Assembly (NCBI GenBank): GCA_013115125.1
Contig: JABANN010000022.1
Span: 62,001 to 123,901, forward strand
Length of the DNA: 61,901 nucleotides
Source: Perkinsus olseni
Taxonomy: Eukaryota
Reading direction: 5' to 3'
Shown here in pieces: positions 40,911 through 52,885 of the stretch (position 1 is the stretch's first letter; each line of letters starts with the position of its first letter). The notes under the pieces were generated by a model. The model ran no database searches, had not been told where the DNA came from, and saw only the letters and a list, made by a program, of their open reading frames with translations. The position numbers and the translations under genes are program-made.

Positions 40911-43428
40911 ATGGTTCTAGTTTGCGGCCGCGAGATGCCAGAGAAGGATGAAACTAAGATATTCTCGTTTGAAATCCCAGACAGTGCGGTAGACGTCCAT
41001 TACACACCGGAAGACTTCTACGAGGAGGTGTTGTCCTTGATACGAGGAGCCAAGACTCGGTGCAAGATGATAACCCTGTATGTTGGCACAGGCGATAGGG
41101 AACGACAGATGCTCAGGGCCTTGGGAAGGGAATGCAATGCACCTGAGAGGACTCTGGTCATGGACTATCTCCGTGGGACTCGGAAGGACCACAAGACGGG
41201 AGCCAGTTCGGTATCACTGTGTCGAAAGGAGGTGCTGCATGATCATACGGGCGAGCCTGTGAGGAACCCGGCAGAGTTGAAGTTCTTCTGCAGCCCGATG
41301 TAGAATGGGGGATAGCTTCGTCACGAAGGCTCTTGGAAGTGGTTTCGCATGAGAGTTTTGTCTAGCGGCGGCAAGCGTGCATCTCTGAAGGTACAAGGGT
41401 TCTGGCCGAGTCTTCTTGCGCGAACGGCAGAATGAAGTTTTGGGAGTACAACACATGAAGGCTATTGTGGCTGATGACACTGTCCTCCTCACAGGGGCCA
41501 ATTTCGGCGGCAGCTACTTCAGGGACAGACAGGACAGGTAGTAGTATAATTTCTTGAGATGCTGGCGGGGAGTTGCTGCTTCTAATAGAGCCGGGAAAAA
41601 GCACAGTGAACGTTCTGTTCACTGTGTTAGGGACTACTGTGGTAGTAGGGTTACAGGGATGCTACCGCGGAGCCGACACAAGGCGCAGTGACCCTTCTGT
41701 TCTGCAGGTGTCTGGTGCTTCAAAACTGTCCCGATATTGCTGAGTTCGTGAGCTGCATAATAGATGCTGTAGGGAGTGCCTCAGTGGATATTGGGGATGT
41801 TCAACATGGCCAACACCACGACGCACCCAAGTCGAAGGAAACTAAGAAGGTCAACGGCATCCTCCGTTCATCCTTACTATATTTCCCTAAATTCAGAAAC
41901 TCCAAGAGGGCTTCGGCAAGGTCTATGACAAATTTAGGGACTTCACTGCAGGTAAGACCCACCGATCAACGGCTTATCACGTTAGTGTGCTGGTGAGAGG
42001 TACGTCGTCTGTGATCTATCGGCCAGTATACAGCACTTGCGCGGTCAGTTGGTACGGTTTTCGGAGCACATATTTTATCAGATTCTTCTGTGCCCGAGCC
42101 GAAGACTGCTAAGCGGTGTGTAGTCCAAGTGGGGGTCCAGTGCGGGTACCTCAACATGAGCGCGGACCAAGAGCTACTGTGGAGGCTACTGGAGATTACG
42201 GGAGAAGGAGAGGGCAGCCGATTAGTGATGGCCTCGGGTAGTACTGGACTGCTTCGCTTAGTGCGAACTGATCTGCTTCTATTGGTGAATCGAGAACGAA
42301 GGGGCTTGTTAGACTATCTGTGGCTCCGTGTAACGTATATCGTGTCCTTCCCAGCTGTTGGAACGTAGCGACTGTCCTCGGCCAAACTTGAAATTCGATA
42401 GCTCAAACCCTACATTCGACTACAACATGAGAGTCTGACGAGTTCTTGCCTCTGTGGATAGGGTACGCCAATCCCCCGCCGGGCATCGAAGGAATGCTCG
42501 CTAGTCGGCCTATCGATGTAATAGTGGCTTGCCCCAAGGCTAACAGCTTTTACAAGAGTGGAGGACTCAGCCAATACATACCGGACATGTAAGTGGGTCT
42601 TTCTGGCTTCTTTCTCATCTTGGGCTGTTCGTTATCCACTGTTGTCACGGCAGGGGTTCCTAAGCGGACCTTGTTCGGCGAGCGTTGAACCATGAACCCC
42701 GACAGGTGTAATTCACTCAATTGACGACGGAACACCGTAGACGCGCATGAAAGACGCGTTGTGCTGTCGTTAATGGGGATAGATGTAGGTACACGACCAT
42801 GGAAGTTGATTTGATGAAGCGTTTGACGCGGGGGACTCTGCATGAATACGAGAGGCCTTACTGGACATTCCACGCCAAGGTAGTAGCACCGGTATAAGGA
42901 GACCGTCTGCCTCCTCGTCTGTTGCTGCCGAATATTTCTGGAATTCTCAGGGCATCTGGGGTTATCGATCGACAGGCGCCTCGCCGGTCGGATGCCTTGT
43001 GGGCAGCAGTAATTATGGCTATCGGGCTCGAGATAGGGATCTTGAGATGAGTTTCTTGTTCCGAACGAAGGAGGGCTCCGCGCTCAGTGGCAAGCTGCAG
43101 AAGGAGGTAGTATTTCTAGGAATCCCAGTTAATCTCTGCCGAGAACTCACGTGGAACAACAAAAGTAGGGTGTTTCTCAATTAGTGTGAACTACTACAAT
43201 CAGACTCAATGCGCGATGTAAGATAGATTGTGCAGTCTTTCCAAGGCTAACACTTCCGAGGCGACTCCTCGGTGTCGATCGGCCGCAAGGGATCGACTGT
43301 ACGTTCAGGTTGATAATATGATGGAGTACTCGTCAACCGTGCATACCCCATCGGAGCTGCTCACTGCCAGGAATATCCCCGCATGGGTTCAAACCCTCAC
43401 TCGGAAGTGGCTCAAGTTCTTTTTATGA
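40911..43428 (+). CDS. PGS1: PLD-type phosphatidylglycerophosphate synthase PGS1, multi-exon
   Basis: TPEDFYE..ITLYVG..MDYLRGTR; RQNEVLGVQHMKAIVADDTVLLTGAN...YFRDRQDR; PKANSFYKSGG; WTFHAKG; VGSSNYGYRARDRDLE. Confidence 0.9.
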
Positions 43429-43584
43429 GAGATAATGAGTTTCTGCAAGGCGTAAAGGACCTGCGTCGACGGGGAATGGGGTCGCCGTTGAACGAATCTG
43501 AAGACGGGTCTCGCAATGGACGGTCCGCCTTTCGGAGTGCTTAACATGGTCTGTCATTGCAAGCATCGTTTCGTCGGCCCTCGA

Positions 43585-44224
43585 ATGCCATTCTACCGAA
43601 CATACTTCCTGGTCCACAACGAGGTCACCAACCACGAGTTGCGGTGCCTGGTGAAGGAGATGGCACGAGCGGTGACCAACAATCGAGGGGCTGTCTTCAG
43701 CTTCGAGGATCTCGGCTGGCGGAACCTACCGTAATCCTGCTGGGTGCTCCGACGTATATAATGTGTTCGTGGTAGATACTTCCTATTGAAGCAGGGGTAC
43801 AGGCGGAAATTCTTCTACGGAAGGTAGGGCCGACTACGGGACATGACCTTCTTCAAGTCGTGAAGGGCGTACGAACAGGTGGTTCACCATGACCTTTGGG
43901 GCTCATCCGGCTTCGTGGACCGCCATAGAGGAGATAGGCCGGCATAACACAGGTGATGGTGATCAGAAGACGCTTCTTCTGTATGGTCTCGCGCCCCGGA
44001 AATAGCAAGTCTCTTCTGGCACTGTCAGGCATCCTTCGGCTGAGTACTGAGAAGGTAACTCCGTATAATAACATGTGGAAGTTGAGGTAGCGGTCCGGTA
44101 CCTCATCGGGTTGGGAAGGCAGGCGTGTGCGTGATACAGGTCTACTTTCTACAAGCCCATCAGCTTCTACACGGGGACTACTGAGAAGGAGACTAACATG
44201 CCTAACGAGGACTTCTCTATTTAG
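43585..44224 (+). CDS. Bacterial-type ribosomal protein S6 (probably mitochondrial bS6m), multi-exon
   Basis: MPFYRTYFLV...LVKEMARAVTNNRGAVFSFEDLGWRNLP|Y...FYGR|WFTMTF follows the bS6 pattern (MPxYE..; GGxV...lG.R.LxY). Confidence 0.75.
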
Positions 44225-44261
44225 CGCGGGGTATACAACTCATACGATCGACGGGGAGTAG

Positions 44262-45409
44262 CATGTTTCCGATGATCTCTCCTTGGCATTGCGTTTGTAC
44301 ACGAGTGGAGGTGCGACCTCTCGGAAGCTCAGTGCCGCACATCCCCGACGCCGAGTCCGGTTCTTTGAGCCACTCTGTGTGGACAACAATGCGCCCAGTT
44401 GTAAGTGTATTGAGCCGACAAGAGAAGGAGGGCTGGGGCGGTTACTGGTGTGTTGTAGTTTTTTTGTGATGGATCGGACGTATCGGGCTACGGCCGAGGA
44501 CCTAGACGTCGTTGACAGGTACGAGGCCCTCGTAACGAGGGTCGTGGGCCTATGCATTAATACGGTCCTCTTTTCGTGCATTGAGAGTTAAATTCTACTG
44601 TGTATTGGTTCGGCTGCTCAATCCACAGCTTAATCGCGAGGCATCTTTCGTTGACGGCGGTTCTCCACGGCGGAAGTCGTGTCAGGTTTCTGAGGAATGT
44701 AGATGTTAAGTATGCTGCGGAACCTTCAGTAGCGGAAAGGTGGCATCGGGCGAAGGAGCTGAGCGAAGCGGTCAACCTTCGAGCCGCGGAACTACAGACT
44801 GCTGCTGGTACTACCGAGGGCTCTATCACTCGTGCAAGCGCCGGGGGGCTGTGCGCAGGAATTCGAGTTGCCCCGCGAACTCGCCTTTGCGAGACCAAGA
44901 CGGAAGTGGTCGTCGACGGGCCGGCTAAGATCACGGCTGAAGAGCTTGATGAGGATTTCGTTGTCCCTTTGCTAGCAGAGTTGTCTACTGAAGCGGTGGG
45001 TTGGTCAGAGGTCCTCGGGAAAACTTCCCTCCCTGTGAAGCGTCGTGTGTGGCTTGGGTTAGCTATGCGGTCTTCTCAGGTGGTGGGCATGGTCTGCTCG
45101 GAGATCTATCAGGACTCTCTCCGGAGTGTCAGCCGGGAAGTTGCTGCGGCATCGTCGACGAAGGTCAGGATCGGTCTGAACGACTTACGCCCGCTTCCGA
45201 GGGCTAACCGCGAGAGCATCCAAGCTCGAATGAGGAGCGCGGGGATGCTCTTCCGAGTCAACCCGTGGCCGAGCAGACCATCGACGAGCTCCGTCACCAA
45301 GAGGCCGTGCAAGTGGGGGGATGTGCCGCTTTATCAGTGTCGGAGTGGCGGGGAGAAATCTGGTCGGGCTCGGGATCTCGAGGAGCGCTTCAAGGAACTA
45401 GTGAAATGA
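44262..45409 (+). CDS. Protein of unknown function; start codon uncertain
   Basis: A 269-codon open frame 44600-45409 preceded by short GT-AG-bounded exons (FFVMDRTYRATAEDLDVVDRYEALVTR). No family recognised. Confidence 0.5.
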
Positions 45410-45633
45410 CAAGCTGCCGAGGCCTCGCAGAAGCTCGGATGTCGACTGTTGTGAGACAGCATCATTGTTCCCATGAGTCATTCATTTAACACAGCAGATG
45501 GATGTAAGATAGTCCTTGTGTTCTTAGTGAGCACCGCTAGTTGAATTCCTGGACGCGAAGCGAACAGTCCCCTGCAGCCCGACACGGGACTGTTCCCCGA
45601 TGCTACCGTTGGCCGAAGGTTGACGGCTAAGCG

Positions 45634-47532
45634 ATGGCTCGTCGCCCGACGGGCTCTGACGATGTTGCGAGGGGGCTGTGTGGAAGTTGGTCTATTATCT
45701 CAAATGGGTGGTACGAAGGGCAAGTCTTCGATGTGCGGTCGGTTCGAGAGACGGAGGAAGGAGAAGAGGGAGAGGATGCATTTAGCTGGGGCACTAGCGG
45801 ACAGGGTCATTGGTAGTACTCCGGGGGGCTTAAGGGGAAGCTTGGAAACTATTCGATACTCTAAGCGTACTGACAGGGGCGGTGTCTCGAGCCCCTCTGA
45901 CTTACCACATATTTAGTTCTCAACATGAAGTTATTGAGCTTCGAAAGCTTTAACCTCGTATATTGTGTCTGAGACCGAAATGAGGATTCCTTCCTCCCGC
46001 TAGCCTCATACGGGGACCCCGCAGCGGGGTGCTAGCCCAATACGCTATTGTTGCCTTCGTAGAGTCGGAGTCCTGCTCTCTGCCGTTTGAAGAACCTTCC
46101 ATTGTGGAGCTGGATTGGGAGACACTGCCGGCTGGATTGGACCCCTCTAAGGGTTGTCTCTATCCTGAGCGAGCAGCGCGGAAGCGAGGCCAGGTAACAA
46201 TCCCTCTATAGAGCCATCACTGGCCGCTGTTCATCTGGAGCCTGATTGCGTGTGTAGGTTGTCGGCATGATGGCGGCAGTCCTCTCGGCGATACCAAATA
46301 CGACCGAGGTACGATCCGGGTGGAGCGATTACGATTGCGAGAAATCTTTCGACGCCTCGGGTTGGATCATCTGTGCGAGCTTCGTGTGGGGAAGTCCACT
46401 GCCGCAATGGTGGTACTGTTTCGAGACCGCTCTCCCTCGAGGTTTCTCGCGGAAATGTGTGGCCCGAGTGTTTGACAGGCGTGTGTTAGGCCGGTCGGCG
46501 AGCGACGGTAGTCGACTTCGGTGCCGGGTCGGGTCATCTCGGCTTACTCGTAGGGTACATGCGGCCAGACGTGAGGATAGTCCTGCTGGAGAGAAGGCCT
46601 GGTAGTATTGACGATCAAGCACAGCTGTGGGGGGATCTAGGGGTGGAGTGGTACTACTCACTCACAAGTATGTGCTTGCCTCGGGTGCGTAGGTGGCTTG
46701 ATCGTCACTGGGCGTCGAATGCATGCGTAGTGGGCCTCTCTCAGGTACCTGCGGTCTTGCCTCGGATAGAGTAAGGGCTCTGAGATGGGAGGACAGAGTT
46801 GAAGTTGTTTGTGGTAGCATACAGGACTACGATGGGCCCTGCGATATAGGTATCAGGGAGAGCGGAGTCTAGCACAAACCGTTCGACAGCCGCATGCCAT
46901 CTTCCTCCGCGCTGCTTACTACAACCTTATGATTGAGCGAAGGACCCTCGTCCTCTCCTCAGGGATTGGTTTGCATGCATGTGGTGCCTTGACGGATATG
47001 ATTATCGACTTCTGCACCGGAAGGAATTGCAGTTTCGTGGTACTATGAGGGGCTCTGAGCCAGAAGGCAGGATTCTGATGACGGGGTCTTGGCAGCTTTG
47101 GCTGAGTGGAAAATTTCGACTGACACTACGGAGATGGCGTTTTATGCAATTTTCGGGTTCTAACTTGCCGTTGCAGGACCCTGACTTACGTAGGTATGCC
47201 CATGCTGTTATGGACAGATCGCTGGGACTGAAGGGGCCAGCGAAGGGCAACTTCCTAGGAGCCCGGATTGCGTTGGGGAAGTACTTAGTGAGCAAGAATT
47301 CAAGACAGTGGCGTCCCTGGCGGACTACTCGGTTGTTGATGGGAAGGACGGCTTCGACTATGCAGGGCGGCCCGAGTATAGGATTGCGCGTGCGTGCATG
47401 CGCGTGGTGGACACTGACCGCCTTATCCACGCCAGGGATCGTTTCGGCTACGTCGTCTCGCTTTCGAGGATTTTACCCGAAACCTGTACTCCTAAGAACA
47501 GTGTAATTATTGGCCGGGCGACGGCCCGGTAG
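45634..47532 (+). CDS. GSTCD-like class I SAM-dependent methyltransferase (Methyltransf_32 type), multi-exon
   Basis: WETLPAGLDP...ERAARKRGQ, SAM motif VVDFGAGSGHLGLL, IGLHACGALTD and C-terminal ACMRVVDTDR...PETCTPKNSVIIG match the C-terminal methyltransferase region of GSTCD. 5' exon less certain. Confidence 0.8.
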
Positions 47533-47794
47533 CGTTTCTCTCTGCTGCACGTGTTACTGAACGTTTCTATTAAAATCGAGCGGGGCTGGGTTCATGCTGA
47601 AGTTGGAGTAAGCGCCCTGTTGAAGCAGCTCTGCCCCAACCGTTGCGCATCGCCGCTCGCGTGTGCACTCGGTTCAGACTGTGCTGCGATAGAGTTGAGC
47701 CCACGTGAGTGAACTCGGCATCCAGCTCTGGCGTCTCAGACGACGACCTTACGGCAGTTTGGCTTTCTTTATGCGTGTGAATTTCGGCCGCGTT

Positions 47795-49489
47795 ATGTCG
47801 AGGCTTCGGCCAAACAGCGAGGGTCGGGCGTCGCGGTCTTCTGGAGCTCCTCGGTACTCCGGGGTCCCTGCCGCCGCTTCTGTGGATGGCGAAGACTCTC
47901 CCGCTCGAGGGTCCGTCATGACTGATGATGCCTCAGTAGAAACGCTCGATGATATGCTCTACGACGAGACGAATCCATACCGAGTGGGAAGTGGACTCCG
48001 TCAACGAGGGTTGATCATCATCGTCAGGTACGAGAGACAGCCAGCGAGCTTGCTCATAATATCGTCACCTTGCCCGACTTGCCCCTGGGGGTTGTCATAG
48101 TCTACGCTATGGCCGTCGCCGCTGTTGCTCTTGTCGCGATCTGGATACTGAGAGACGCTTCGGCGAACTCAGGTAAGCGGAAGAAAACCGCGGTGCGATG
48201 GTTGGAGCCTCTTTCCTTTCCAGGTTTCGGTGACTCCTGCGATACGCCACTGCCGCTGTGGATCACCGTGTTTGTAGGCCGACATGTCCTCAAGGTCCTA
48301 ATGGTCGCCGGTGGGTACCTCCTCAGCTTCTGTAGTGTTTATTCTCTACGTGTTACCATATGCCTTTCTCAGCTCGTTTGTGGTTAAGCCGTCGTAGTGG
48401 CCACGAGAGCGCATTCGCACGAGTGACGTCCTGGATCATCACATGCAATCGACTTGGATACTACCTGTGGCTTCTCGGATGGTAAGTGCAGGGCTTATCG
48501 TTAGAACCACAAGCTAAGCAGGGTGTGACACTTCTCACTGATGTATCGATCACTGACCAATGGCATTTGAGATGTGCCCTTCGTCATTTTCCCCCGTCGT
48601 CTATAGAGCTTACTTAGGAGGTGCATCCATCCGGCGACAGCGGCGTTTAGAAGATTCTATGTCACGCATGCCTATCGCTCTCGGCGCTCGGGGTTATCCT
48701 CGGCAAGCCCAATTGCTCCTTCAGTTACCTTCTCTGGGTCAGCAACACCTGCGATAAGGGAGTGTGGAACTTCGCCATGGTCATGTGCCTCATGCAGTTC
48801 GTGGCCGTTGCACTACCTATTGCTCTCTTGTTTCTGGTAAGCTCTCCATTTGTCTGCCCCGCTTGGCTCTCCGTCATCTCCTTTATCCCTGCTAACGCTG
48901 CACTCCATATTCGCGGTTGAATGGAGCGCATGTAGTCGGCTATCCCTACTCTCAGGTTATGTGCTGTCTGCCTTGCCTACTTTGCTTGCTACCAATCATG
49001 TTCCCGCCTGATGCCAACCAGGTAGGGTTTGCTGGGTTTTCGCTTTGGCCGAGTTGAGAGAATCCTTCTCAGCTCGCGACACGGGACGACATGGTCCGGC
49101 GGATACCTAAGACAGAGTACCATCGACTGCTTGAAGAATCAGGTGGGGGCGCGTGTTCTTCCCTTGCCACCCGCCCGATCTATTCGCGACTCTTCAGGGT
49201 CACGGTCACCGGAAGGAGCGTCCGATGTGCCCGACAGCTGTCCGATATGTTTATCGGACTTTGCAGAGAACGACGAAGTGATGACGTTGCCGTGCAACAC
49301 GCGGCATATCTTCCACGAAAGATGCGTCACGCAGTGGTTGGCGGTATCGCAGTTGTGTAAGTATCCTCAACCGTCGTCTGGCTAGGTCCTGTGACAGGTC
49401 CTATTTGTCGGGCGAATATCAGTGACATGCTCGACGCTGAGGGACGAGGGAGCAGCCCGCGAGATCCCGAGCTCGGTGACATGGGTTGA
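47795..49489 (+). CDS. Multi-pass membrane RING-H2 E3 ubiquitin ligase, multi-exon
   Basis: Hydrophobic segments with CDTPLPLWI and CCLPCL motifs, then CPICLSDFAENDEVMTLPCNTRHIFHERCVTQWL...CPICR. Confidence 0.9.
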
Positions 49490-49885
49490 TGGGATGAGGC
49501 GAGTTCCGGAGAAGGCCCGCGCAGCCTCCTGATTGGATTATAGCATAACACTGAACTATCTCACGTACTCAGCCCGGAGTGGGCTGCAAGCCACTTTATA
49601 ATTTTTTGTTATCATTTCACAGAAAAGAGAGTCCTGTCTCGCGTTGGGTTTGACCAGTTATCTCGGTATGCCCATGCAGCAACGGTGGCTGAGAGGGGGG
49701 AGAGAGTTCGCTGTCATCACATCGGTTTAACGCCCGCCTCCAGTGTAGACTCGGTATGGCTACAAGCAGTCACTCACGAGTGAGCGATTCATCTTCGTCC
49801 TTCCCTCCAACAGTTGAATTGTTTTATGAAGAGGGTGCCTTCCAGGGCCCTTCGTTATTGATTCACACCGTCTTGTACAGCAACC

Positions 49886-52621
49886 ATGCTAAATTCATTA
49901 CTCCATTGCACCACCCGAGCAGCATCAACAGCAATACCTGCTGCGGCATTCGGAGCAGCAGCCTTCCGCACACGACTCTTACTGCGTGCAGCGCCGCCTC
50001 TATTCTCCCCAGTTGGAGTCTCACCAGTGTTCAGACGGTCCTTCGCCACCCAGTCGGGCCCGAAGGACTACTATCAAGTTTTGGGCGTACCACACAACGC
50101 TTCCCAGGACGACATTAAGAAAGTGAGAATGGTTACGGAGAGGAGACGGCAGTGCGTTCGATCGGAGCTCATTCGTTCGTCTTCGCGAGACGAACCTCGC
50201 ATCCCGAGGAGAGTTGAGAGGGTTTGATCTTCAGTGGTTGGGCCTTCGAATGCCGCTCAGCGAGGCGCTGAAATTCGAACGTTCTGTCGTTCTTTCGACC
50301 AGTGGCGATTTCAGGCGTATAGGAAACTAGCAATGAAGTGGCACCCCGATCGGAACCCGGATAACCGTAGCGAGGCAGAAGCGAAGTTCAAAGATATAGG
50401 AGAAGCATATCAAACGTTGGGAGATGAGGGCAAACGCAGACAGTGAGTCTTCTTCCGTGTGGGCCTTCCTTTCGACTCCGTCTCCGCACCTTCGTCTGAT
50501 AGACGCCGCAGGGGCAAGACCACTGATTCAGCTGAGTCGTTTGATAGAGTGCAGGGATATATCGTCATCGCTGATGTGCTGCGGCGATGCGGTCTTCATG
50601 TTGCGCGTTCGGTTGGGTGGAGAGCGGGGCAACTGTTAGTACGGAGTAGGCCACTGGCTTACGTTCTGCTCAATTACCATTTTCTGACCCTAGTGAACTC
50701 GAGCTCCCTGTATGACGCAGGGCACGCGAAGAACGAGTGAATGGGTCCCGAGCTACGAAGTGCTCTCATAATTATAATTTGACTTGGCAGTGCTTGACTC
50801 GTCCAGGCTACGCTGATCTGGGCGAACATGTACTCCGCTTGCGGTGTACGGCCGATGTTGAGTTGATGTTATTGAGCTCAGGTACGACGCGTTCGAAGGA
50901 GCATCTTCCTCTTTCGGAGGCTCCGGCGGCCCTGGAGGTCCGTCCGGTCCTCATGCCGGGACCTCAGGACCGTTCCCAGGCGGCGGGTTCCCCGGTGGTG
51001 GCTTCCCTGGTGGGGGGTTTCCGGGGGATGGCTTCCCGGGCGGTGGTGGATTCCCTGGCGGCTTCACTCAGGGTAAGCACTCTCCGGAATTCAGCCGCGA
51101 CCATTTCGACTGGAGACTTTCTTCAGGCAATGTACACTACAGACAGATGTCTATGGAAGAGGCGCAGGAGCTCTTCAAAGTGATATTTGTCGACAATCTC
51201 TCCATCATTGGTGTAACAGCCATATTTCTCAGAGAGCGATGGGTATGGACCTGGACGACCTGCTGAGGACTGCCATGAGGGATGGTTTCGCAACTACTGG
51301 AGGCCCGTCCTCTACGCGGTACCAGAACAGCTGGAACGCATTGTCGGGACGTCTGTATTTCTCAGAACTTCCAGTAGAGCGGACTCGTCTGGTCGAAGCA
51401 GCAGCAGCAGCAGTCGCCCCGGGTCAGCGCAGCATCCATTTGGCGATCCGCGGGATTTGAGTGGTTTTGGCTCTTTATTTGGAAACATGGGCGGAGATTT
51501 TGGCAATTTGTTCAGAGAGCCACCGAGACCCAACAAACGTACGCCTGGGAAATTACGGGCCAAACCTGAACTTCTACTGACTTTGCTGAGCACCGAGTGA
51601 GCAGCACAGCGCCGAGATGTTTTTGCATTCCCTCCCAAATTCTCGCATCTCGAGTGAGACTGGTCACGCTGTAGTGTCGGCATGAGTGGCCGGCGCTGAG
51701 GTATCGTAATCCGTAAACGAGAAGGTGCGGGATGGGTGCAAGATTGAGTGGAGGTTCCGTTGGTTGGTGGTTGGGCGGTCATGGGCGGTGAGGAGGGCGA
51801 GTGCTACTAAAGTACCTCAGATACGATAAGGCAGGGCCTCGAAATGGCGCGGTTTGGGTTTGACATATTCGGTGCCAGGATGTTAAGAAAGATGCTTCAC
51901 TCACGTACGACTGTCCTTGGCCCGGGTGGGGGTGGTGGTCGAGGGTCCTTCATGGCCTTACTACGGTCAACGCCAGTTGGCGATTGGTCAGTGCGTCAGG
52001 TGCGATGAGGAGAGCCCCCGGATTCCTACGACGGCTGTTCGCCGCTGCTGCTGCGTTACTTGTGCCTTCCGCCTTCTTTTGGGGTACTATTCGAGAGGCT
52101 ATCATATCCTCGACATGCACGATTATCTGTGGTGTTACTTCATGGGCGTGCCCGGCACACCCAAGCAGATATGACTCATCCCGTTGGTCACACACTGTGT
52201 GACACACAGCCCCGGCCCTCTAGTCCTGCAACCACCCATTGCCTTCGTTAATCCAGTAGATCACCCGAGTCGCCGGTTTGCTTCAAGTTAGTGATGACCC
52301 CAATTTGAGCGGAGCGTGCTTCGTCTCCGCTCCGTCTGTCGCAGTTTTTGTGACTAACAATTTTCTACTCATAGCCTTATTCCGTATTGTGATACGAATC
52401 TCTTTCAGCGACTGCTTCGAAAAACGAGGGCCCCGCCGTTGCACACACTTCCACTAAGCAGGAGGTTGTGACTAAGAACGGCAAAAAGGTAACCGGAGGA
52501 ACAAGTTGAGCGGGAGGACGTTAAGACTTTCTTTTCATCTCAGATGCTCAGGACAACAACGACCACGGAGCACGTCGATGGTACAACATCTACGCAGACG
52601 AAGGAGGAGTTGATAAAATGA
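49886..52621 (+). CDS. DnaJ/Hsp40 with mitochondrial-like presequence, G/F-rich region and DNAJB6-like S/T-rich C-terminus, multi-exon
   Basis: Presequence ending [52 protein letters not shown] repeats at ~50972-51065; C-terminus [32 protein letters not shown]...LIK*. Confidence 0.88.
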
Positions 52622-52885
52622 ATTCCGTTTCCGATGAATAAACAAGAATATACCAGTTTGTATCATACACTTTAACAACCAGTTTCGATGAGTAACGCAT
52701 CACTGAGTCTCGTGTTCGTCACCTGGTTATCGACTATAAGAGCACTCTCACGGAAGGCACTGTAGCTGCCCCTGATACAAGTTAATACCAACTAATAGCT
52801 GCCCCTGAATAGCAGCGGCTTACTATCAACACTGGTGACTTGCCAGAGGACTGGCTGTGTTGTCTAATGAGCAAGGTTTCCCCCG

